Assembly: GCF_900079115.1 (NCBI RefSeq)
Contig: NZ_LT549890.1
Span: forward strand, 2,790,001 to 2,822,000
Length of the DNA stretch: 32,000 bases
DNA from: Saccharolobus solfataricus
GTDB taxonomy: Archaea; Thermoproteota; Thermoprotei_A; Sulfolobales; Sulfolobaceae
Reading direction: 5' to 3'
Positions within the stretch are counted from its first letter, which is position 1. Every line of letters starts with the position of its first letter. The notes beneath the pieces are model-generated. The model saw only the letters and a program-made list of their open reading frames with translations. It had not been told where the DNA came from and ran no database searches. Positions 26,111 to 32,000 of the stretch are shown one piece after another. Both the position numbers and the translations under genes were made by a program.

Positions 26111-27335
26111 CGGTAGACCCAAAATCACCTCCATAAAAATAAATCTATAGTATTAATAAGTGTTTCCTCAAGATTAAATATAAAATCCTTTAGATCAGAT
26201 AAATCGTCTAGAAAGCAGAGGATGAGCAGCAATCTAAACTCCTCTCTTGTCATGACGTTCTTAAACACGGTGTAAAGCGAGTAGAAGATCATGGCCAGCA
26301 CGAAGATCAACTCGCGGAAGATGAACTTGGTGGAGCTCGTGAAGGGAAGGAAGGCCTTGATGTTCCTGTAAGACGTCTCAATGGGACTCCTAACCTTGTT
26401 GTACAACTTCAGCACTTCCCTCTTGGGTAGGTCGAGGTTGGTCGCCCTCGCGAAGTACACCACGGTCTTCTTCCTCTTCTTAACGATTTCCTTACCATAC
26501 ACCAGGAGTCTGAACTTGACCTGCTCTTCCTTCTTATGCCTCTTACTGTTTGTCGTGTACTCTCCGTCGAACTCCTCGTAGATCTTCACGTCCCCCACAG
26601 GGACTCCTATCACGAACTTGAACTGCGATATGAACTTGAGGACTTCCACGGTGTAGAATCCCGCGTCCAAGGTTACGAGCCCCACCTTGAAGCCCATTCC
26701 CACAATTTGCTCCATGAGAAGCTTCACGATCTCATCCTTGCTCATCCCGTTAACTTGGGGAACGAAAGCTAGGAGGAGCACCATATTCTGATACTTCGTG
26801 GTCGCGGTAGCGTAGTTCCACGAGTTCCCCTTGGCTGAACTACCCAGTCCCTCCACCGGCTTACCATACCACGTCTTGGTTGTCCAGTCTATGGAGATGT
26901 CGACTTCCTTCACTCCCTTGAGTATCTCCATGGAAATCCTCCTCATGGACTCTAATAGCTTCTCGATCACCTCAGTTCCCTGCTCCTCCACGTAGTTCCT
27001 CACGGTCTGTGGTGACACGTTATACCCTTTGGACTTGCTTTCCACGGAGTCGTTCCACAAGCACGCGGAGACCAGAACTCTCGATACCTCCTCCGCCTTT
27101 CTTCCCTTGAAGCTCAACATGGAAAGTAATTTATACCCTACTTGTTGTAGATTATTTTGGTGAGGAAGACCAGGTGTTATCACCTTGTCTTCACCACGTG
27201 ATAATACCGGCTTCCTCACCTTAAATCTTTCTTCAATTAATTGCGTTCTTGTCAAAGCTATAAATTCTATTATTTTTCAGAATCTGATATTACCCAACCA
27301 AAATTATTTTTTGTAAAATGATTTTGGGTCTACCG
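26111..27335 (-). mobile_element. ISC1225-type insertion sequence (exactly 1225 bp), nested in the decayed IS
   Basis: Perfect 17-bp terminal inverted repeats: CGGTAGACCCAAAATCA (26111..26127) and TGATTTTGGGTCTACCG (27319..27335). They are flanked by the direct repeat ATTA (26107..26110 and 27336..27339). The measured length equals the number in the name ISC1225, an S. solfataricus IS I recall. Confidence 0.85.
26125..27255 (-). CDS. DDE transposase of the ISC1225-type element (intact ORF)
   Basis: 376 aa. DDE candidates are ISIDWTT, LVTLDAGFYT and RSPIETSYRNIK. The track start is TTG, so the true start is uncertain. Confidence 0.8.
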   Translation of the reverse strand: MTRTQLIEERFKVRKPVLSRGEDKVITPGLPHQNNLQQVGYKLLSMLSFKGRKAEEVSRVLVSACLWNDSVESKSKGYNVSPQTVRNYVEEQGTEVIEKLLESMRRISMEILKGVKEVDISIDWTTKTWYGKPVEGLGSSAKGNSWNYATATTKYQNMVLLLAFVPQVNGMSKDEIVKLLMEQIVGMGFKVGLVTLDAGFYTVEVLKFISQFKFVIGVPVGDVKIYEEFDGEYTTNSKRHKKEEQVKFRLLVYGKEIVKKRKKTVVYFARATNLDLPKREVLKLYNKVRSPIETSYRNIKAFLPFTSSTKFIFRELIFVLAMIFYSLYTVFKNVMTREEFRLLLILCFLDDLSDLKDFIFNLEETLINTIDLFLWR

Positions 27336-27522
27336 ATTAAAAGGAGGACAGGGTGGATCATAAAATAAGGTCAGGGAAGAGAGGATCCACTTGACGGTCT
27401 TAGCGAGGGTCACGATTCACGATCTACTGTGGTCTAAAGCGTTAGATTAAAAATCCCGAAATGCTATATAAATTTAGAAACCCATTAGACTAATTTGTCC
27501 CAGACTCGGAGTTGCTCTTTGA

Positions 27523-28020
27523 TTAAATATTATTTCTAGTTCTTATGGGTTGATTATTGTCATATTGGCAACATAAATTTGCTAGATACCCTAGTTGTGG
27601 ATATGCTTGGTCTAATGCTATTGTGTACCATACTGCTGTTGCGTTGAATGGCGTACCGTCCGTAAAATACACATCATGTCTCAAGTATAATATTAACGCT
27701 AGTGTCTGTACTTTACCGTTAGGAGTGTTAACGTAACCAGTAGTCCACGTCCAATTAGTCGCTAACCAAGGAATAATTTGGCCATTGTCATAATTTACTA
27801 ATGCTAATGGTTCATAGATAAACCACTCCCCGTCATCAACAAGATTAGGACTGCTCTACGGATTATAATTATCTTGCCACGTACCGATTGGCGAAGCTAC
27901 AATTACAATGCTCCCTTCGGGTTGTACAGATGTAGACTGCGATATCGTCGGTATTATGAAAACTCCTATACTTATTAGCATTAAAACAGAAATTATTCCA
28001 GAAATTATCTTTCTCGCCAT
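27523..28020 (-). pseudogene. N-terminal remnant of a family-5 (OppA/DppA-type) ABC substrate-binding protein, with an in-frame TAG and a truncated 3' end
   Basis: Hand translation from ATG 28018..28020 gives MARKIISGIISVLMLISIGVFIIPTISQSTSVQPEGSIVIVASPIGTWQDNYNP, then TAG (27856..27858). It continues SSPNLVDDGEWFIYEPLALVNYDNGQIIPWLATNWTWTTGYVNTPNGKVQTLALILYLRHDVYFTDGTPFNATAVWYTIALD... and stops at 27523. An N-terminal TM anchor plus the YEPL, PWLA and LR..V.F.DGTPF.A motifs are typical of SBP_bac_5. Such proteins are normally several-fold longer. It is not in the ORF track. Confidence 0.7.
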
Positions 28021-28360
28021 TTCTGCTTACCTTATTTTATGATTATTCGCATCGATTTATTTAATATTTATACGTAACATGTTAAATATATTTGGCCATA
28101 ATAGTGGGACGAGAACTTGAATTTTAACCATTATTTTGTGTGATAGATTAGTTAGCATCCTAGCTAGTCTATATTGTATAAACGACTCCTATTTTGCGTA
28201 TCTTAACAATTACTGCTTTGTTGATATATTGAATATTTTTTATTATATTATTATATCATCTTTATTTTAATTAATTTAAAGATATTCAATTTAGGTTTGT
28301 AATGGCACTTAAGTCGTTGTGAAAATTCAACAAGTTCACTAAGCAAATAATTACTAAAAA

Positions 28361-28368
28361 AATTTAAA
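28361..28368 (+). promoter_or_regulatory. TATA box (AATTTAAA) for the 28391 gene
   Basis: Centred about 26 nt upstream of ATG 28391. Confidence 0.45.
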
Positions 28369-28390
28369 CTCGGAAATAGCGACATATCAT

Positions 28391-29197
28391 ATGGATTGGA
28401 AATTAGGAATTATCTCAGATGAGATCTCTCAAGATTTCGAGCATGCAGTAAAGGTAATAAAAGAGTTAGGTGCAAGCTATGTTGAAGTAAGAAATTTATG
28501 GAATAAGAATGTAACGCAACTATTGGATTCTGAATTTTCAGAAATGAAAAGGGTTGTTGAAAAGTATGGGCTTATCATATCCAATCTAGATTCTCCTAGC
28601 TTTAAGATATATATAGATGACGAAAAAGGTTATAAAGAACATTTACAAATTTTAAGGAAAGTAATAGAGTTAAGTAAAAAATTGGATATAGCGTACACGA
28701 GAATATTCACTTTTTGGTATCAAGGAGAATTAAGATATTATATTGATAAGTTAGCTGAAAGATTCAATAGTGCTATAGATATAGCTCAAAGTGAAGGGGT
28801 AATATTAGTCATAGAAAATGAGTACAGTTGTTTTGTAGGCACAGGGAAAGAGCTTAGAACATTCTTAGATAAAATAAGGACGAAATGGGTTAAGGTATTA
28901 TGGGACCCTGGAAATGCCTTCTTCGCTAGGGAGACGCCGTATCCAGACGGATATGAATTAATAAAAGGTGACATTATGCACTTACACATTAAGGATGCAA
29001 TGGTTAAAGATGGTCACTTTATTTGGATGCCAGTAGGGAAGGGAATGATAAACTATAAGGAACAATTTAGAGCGTTAAGGGGTAGTGCTCATGTCATATC
29101 TTTAGAAACTCACTATAGAAATAGCGCAAATGACCCAGAGGCTAGTACGAGAGAGTCCTTTAATGGTATAATTAAAATATTGAAAGAGCTAAGTTAA
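28391..29197 (+). CDS. Xylose-isomerase-like TIM-barrel protein (sugar phosphate isomerase/epimerase, AP_endonuc_2 fold)
   Basis: 268 aa. LGIISDEIS...YVEVR, VIENE, WDPGN, HLHIKD and ISLETH give the E-D-H-E metal-ligand pattern of this superfamily. Confidence 0.8.
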   Translation: MDWKLGIISDEISQDFEHAVKVIKELGASYVEVRNLWNKNVTQLLDSEFSEMKRVVEKYGLIISNLDSPSFKIYIDDEKGYKEHLQILRKVIELSKKLDIAYTRIFTFWYQGELRYYIDKLAERFNSAIDIAQSEGVILVIENEYSCFVGTGKELRTFLDKIRTKWVKVLWDPGNAFFARETPYPDGYELIKGDIMHLHIKDAMVKDGHFIWMPVGKGMINYKEQFRALRGSAHVISLETHYRNSANDPEASTRESFNGIIKILKELS

Positions 29198-29205
29198 TTT
29201 GATTG

Positions 29206-29210
29206 TTTTT
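29206..29210 (+). terminator. Oligo-T tract after the 28391..29197 stop
   Basis: TTTTT begins 9 nt after the TAA and is followed by further T-rich sequence. Confidence 0.25.
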
Positions 29211-29809
29211 AAAAAAAGATTTTTATCTTAATGCTTTAGTTCATTCGTAGAATATTTTTCCATTAAATTACTACTATCTTCATTTCAAGTAGTGATCAGA
29301 TTCATAATTCCTTCTTGTAACACCTCTTAACTCATTGCTAAAATTTAACAAGTCCAAAAAGCGTTATTTTAATAATCTCGTCATTAACCACTGCGTTACT
29401 TCTCTGTACAATCTCTGTCTGATTTCGTATAGCATTTATAGGAAAATCGTTACACTTTTACGTTACGTTAAAAATATATAATGAATCTTTCCTGGTTAGA
29501 TGAAAAATGTTTATTGATAAGCTATAATATTAAGAAGTACAATGAAAGATATTTATAAATACATGGATAAATATTTTGACTTTTTATGATAAGGGAATTT
29601 CCTAAAACTACTAATGGTATACTTCCAATGATCCATTCGTGACGTTGTCCGATTTGAGCAAAATTAAAAACCATTATAATTACAGCATTTCAGATTACAC
29701 TATTCTTCATTATATTCAAGTATAAAAAATAATATAATATGTATTAATAAGGGAAAATACAGATAATTGTACAATCTTGCAATAAAATTTGCCATAACAA
29801 CAAGTAAAC

Positions 29810-31176
29810 ACGTCAGTATGGGAATCTCATTTTTCTGATATAAATGATAATATATGTAAGATTGAACCGCACCAGTTTTATTCAAATATAACTGCATATA
29901 TTTTATGAAAATGACAGTTAATAAGTCAGTTTTCAATAGCAGAATATAAATATATAGAATTAATTTCACGTAGCTGGAAGGAGGTGCATAGGGTTAGCTG
30001 GAGTCTGGGGGAATGACGTCTTCACTTCACGGAACGCGCGTTCTTGTTCCACTCTTACCTCCCGATCGAGGAGATTCGAGAGGGAGACCGAGAACTCCCA
30101 CAACTTTACCTTCCTCCAAGAGCGGATCAAGAACCAGACATTCAAGAGAAGATAGGAAAGCAGAACGAGAACCAATTCCTTCCTCACGTCACAAGTCCTA
30201 GTCCTGATCCTGAACTCCTCAAGAGAGCGGAAGGCGTTCTCTATCCCCCACCTCTCCCTATACATCTCGGCAAGGACTATGGCATCATAAAGATCCATCT
30301 CCTTCCTCACGAGGAAGGCAATAATCTTGCCGTCTTCCTTCCTCAGAATAATGAGATAAGCTCCACTCCCATGTCTCACGCAGAGAAATCCAGTATATCT
30401 AACTCCGCCAAAACTCACATCCACATCTTGCAACATCCCCTTGTACTTCTTGTACATCTGGGCCTTGGCAGATATGACGAAGTCCAAGCCCAACTCCAAG
30501 AGGAACCTAATCACTTCGTTCACCGCGAACTCCCTGTCCGCGAAGACCATGACGAGCCTCAGCTTGTCCTCCTCCAACTCCTTCACGATTACCTCCATCA
30601 CCGCCTTGAAACCTTCAGCTACGTTCTTCACGGTCACTGGGATCACGTCCAAGAAGCTCCTCGTCCTCCCCAGGAGGAAGATCGCAGCTTGAACCAGTCC
30701 CCACGACGTCCCCTTAGTTGGCTTTATCCTACTCAAGAAACTCTTGTCAGCGTGATATTGAGGTATGGCATGGAAGTCCACTGCTACCCTCCTGTCCCTG
30801 ACTCCCCTTAACGTCATCCTTCCCATCTTCCTCAACGCATCCCTCACGTCCTCAACTTGAACCGCGTTCAACTTTCTCAACGCTCTTCTCCCATCTTTCC
30901 CCAACCTGCTCAAGTAGCTCCCACTCGCCTTAAGCAAGGCACTGAGGAGTTCCTCAGGGAAAAGTATTTTAGTGAGGACCGAGTAAATTATCTTGAGGGC
31001 GGACCTGGCGAAGTCCCGGTTGAACTTCGCCGGTTTAGTTGTATTCTCATGTTTCATATATTCAGGTTCGCCCTCGTATATACAAACTTTTCTCCAGAAA
31101 TTCTCATCCTCTCAACTTTTTCTGTATTCCATTCATCTCGTTTTTTACGCAAAAAATGAGATTCCCATACTGACGT
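29810..31176 (-). mobile_element. IS4-family insertion sequence, about 1.37 kb (ISC1359-like)
   Basis: Perfect 25-bp terminal inverted repeats, ACGTCAGTATGGGAATCTCATTTTT, at 29810..29834 and as reverse complement at 31152..31176. It is flanked by AAAC on both sides (29806..29809 and 31177..31180). The duplication could be read as up to 6 bp (GTAAAC) if the ends are shifted. The body is visibly richer in GC than the flanks. Confidence 0.85.
29966..31057 (-). CDS. IS4-family DDE transposase (intact, 363 aa)
   Basis: DDE candidates are VAVDFHAIP, MVFADREFA and YRERWGIENAF (Y-2-R-3-E). The start is ATG. Confidence 0.85.
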   Translation of the reverse strand: MKHENTTKPAKFNRDFARSALKIIYSVLTKILFPEELLSALLKASGSYLSRLGKDGRRALRKLNAVQVEDVRDALRKMGRMTLRGVRDRRVAVDFHAIPQYHADKSFLSRIKPTKGTSWGLVQAAIFLLGRTRSFLDVIPVTVKNVAEGFKAVMEVIVKELEEDKLRLVMVFADREFAVNEVIRFLLELGLDFVISAKAQMYKKYKGMLQDVDVSFGGVRYTGFLCVRHGSGAYLIILRKEDGKIIAFLVRKEMDLYDAIVLAEMYRERWGIENAFRSLEEFRIRTRTCDVRKELVLVLLSYLLLNVWFLIRSWRKVKLWEFSVSLSNLLDREVRVEQERAFREVKTSFPQTPANPMHLLPAT

Positions 31177-32000
31177 AAACGAACCTCGTTAATTAACGAG
31201 TACCTTCGTCCTAATCCTCGTCGAAAGAATTTCGAGATCACGATAGAAGTTAAGGAAGAATACCTCCATAACCACTCCCCTTAAGGTTGTAGACGAAGCC
31301 TTACCTTCCCTAATCTTAACACCACTACCCTCAACCGGAAGTCCAGCACTACCAACACCCTTAACTAAGACGTCCTTCCTGGAAATCCAAGCCCTATCAG
31401 CCATTAACTTAACGTTATCAAATGAAAAGGCTAGATCACTCAACAATCCAACCTTGAAGTCCCTAACGAAATTAGTCCTCCTTTCCACAAGACCTTAAAC
31501 CCGAAGTAGGACTTACCGTGCTTCCTACCCCAACTACCCTTATACTTCCTAAAGGCTGTGAAGTTCTTGAGCCTGGAAGTAGTATAACCCATGAGGAGAA
31601 AAACGTCATTGAACCCCATCTCCTTAAGGTCAAGTGAGATCTTCTCAAGACCGTTTTGAAGACTCCTCTTTCCGGGGTAGGCCTCACGGAAGAATGTGTC
31701 AATTATGTAGTAGTCCTCGAACCTATCGTTTTTTCTCTCCCAACTTCAAGTTCAAATTCCCTATACTCGCTGATCACCTTGTTCAAAGCCTTGTTTAACT
31801 CATCCATTAGTGTTGTTCTCATTGTCTCGCCCTCTTGAATAACTGTTTGTTGGAGTTTCTTGTAGAAGAAGAATACTGTGCTCTTTGGTGGAACTTTCCC
31901 GCCCAAGAAGTCCATAAAACTCTTACTGTCCCTAATTTCTCCCTCCAAGTTATTCCAAGAGATGTCGAAAACGAACTTGATTAGGAGGACTTTGAGGAGT
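31177..32000 (-). pseudogene. Frameshifted IS5/IS1182-like transposase remnant that continues beyond the right window edge
   Basis: Three consecutive minus-strand ORF fragments (31703..31948, 31472..31702, 31189..31488) are listed. Alternative frames read ...DRFEDYYIIDTFFREAYPGKRSLQNG...FRKYKGSWGRKHGKSYFGFKV, the WG.K....FG(F/Y)K motif that precedes the first catalytic Asp. They continue LMADRAWISRKD (second Asp) and LRGVVMEVFFLNFYRDL (Glu region). At least two frameshifts are present. Confidence 0.65.

Larger units (their letters stand above)
25223..27508 (+). mobile_element. Decayed insertion sequence of about 1.06 kb (DDE type, family uncertain) interrupted by the nested 1225-bp IS
   Basis: The terminal inverted repeats are CGACTCTGGGACAAA (25223..25237) and TTTGTCCCAGACTCG (27494..27508), matching 14 of 15. 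The length is 1057 bp after removing the nested IS and its 4-bp duplication. Confidence 0.75.

Noticed and set aside
26381-26772. Plus-strand ORFs 26381..26581 and 26536..26772
   Set aside because: They are antisense shadows inside the ISC1225-type transposase gene.
29700-29969. 89-aa minus-strand ORF
   Set aside because: It spans the left terminal inverted repeat of the IS4-family element (29810), so it would be a chimera of IS and flanking DNA. The sequence is extremely AT-rich and the peptide is Ile/Leu/Tyr-rich.
30013-31178. Plus-strand ORFs 30013..30201, 30044..30811 (255 aa), 30441..30692, 30857..31159 and 30993..31178
   Set aside because: All are antisense to the intact IS4-family transposase, which carries clear DDE and YRE motifs. 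They are Pro/Ser/Leu-rich shadow translations in a GC-rich element.
1-32000. CRISPR arrays, tRNA/rRNA genes and defence-system signatures (cas, restriction-modification, toxin-antitoxin, Argonaute-like genes)
   Set aside because: I found no regularly spaced direct repeats and no GC-rich cloverleaf-like or rRNA-like segments. No ORF carries motifs of these systems. The only repeats are IS termini and target duplications.

Overview
The window reads as a Saccharolobus (Sulfolobus) solfataricus-type chromosomal carbohydrate-utilisation island. It is AT-rich and most genes appear leaderless, with a TATA box about 25 nt upstream of the start codon. I recognise the 489-aa protein at 18648..20117 as the beta-glycosidase LacS (GH1). 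The 731-aa protein at 21925..24120 is the alpha-xylosidase XylS (GH31), and the permease upstream of lacS is lacTr. These are recognised from memory and not verified by a search. Left to right, the window holds the following. (1) A GH38 alpha-mannosidase gene on the minus strand (1..2154). It is missing from the supplied ORF track because it runs off the left edge. (2) A clan GH-A (GH5-like) hydrolase. (3) Four Gfo/Idh/MocA oxidoreductase paralogues, interleaved with an orphan molybdenum-hydroxylase large subunit, two paralogous 12-TM permeases, an ABC exporter with extra N- and C-terminal domains, an aldo/keto reductase and an amidohydrolase_2-type putative lactonase. (4) lacTr-lacS, convergent with xylS and an uncharacterised 592-aa gene. 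(5) From 24.1 kb onward, an IS-ridden segment. It contains an IS5-family element with a 9-bp target duplication just upstream of the xylS promoter. That element abuts a decayed IS of about 1.06 kb, which itself carries a nested, intact element of exactly 1225 bp (ISC1225-type). Next come the truncated N-terminal remnant of a family-5 sugar/peptide binding protein (also absent from the ORF track) and an isolated xylose-isomerase-like TIM-barrel gene. The segment ends with an ISC1359-like IS4-family element inserted next to a frameshifted IS5-like transposase remnant that runs off the right edge. I found no rRNA, tRNA, CRISPR array or recognisable defence system. The best candidates for undescribed biology are four. 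The first is the redox-enzyme and glycosidase cluster, a possible oxidative glycoside or sugar route. The second is the unknown 592-aa gene apparently co-transcribed with xylS. The third is the tripartite ABC exporter with a DUF1854-like tail. The fourth is a stem-clamped G-quadruplex motif in the 5272..5602 intergenic region.
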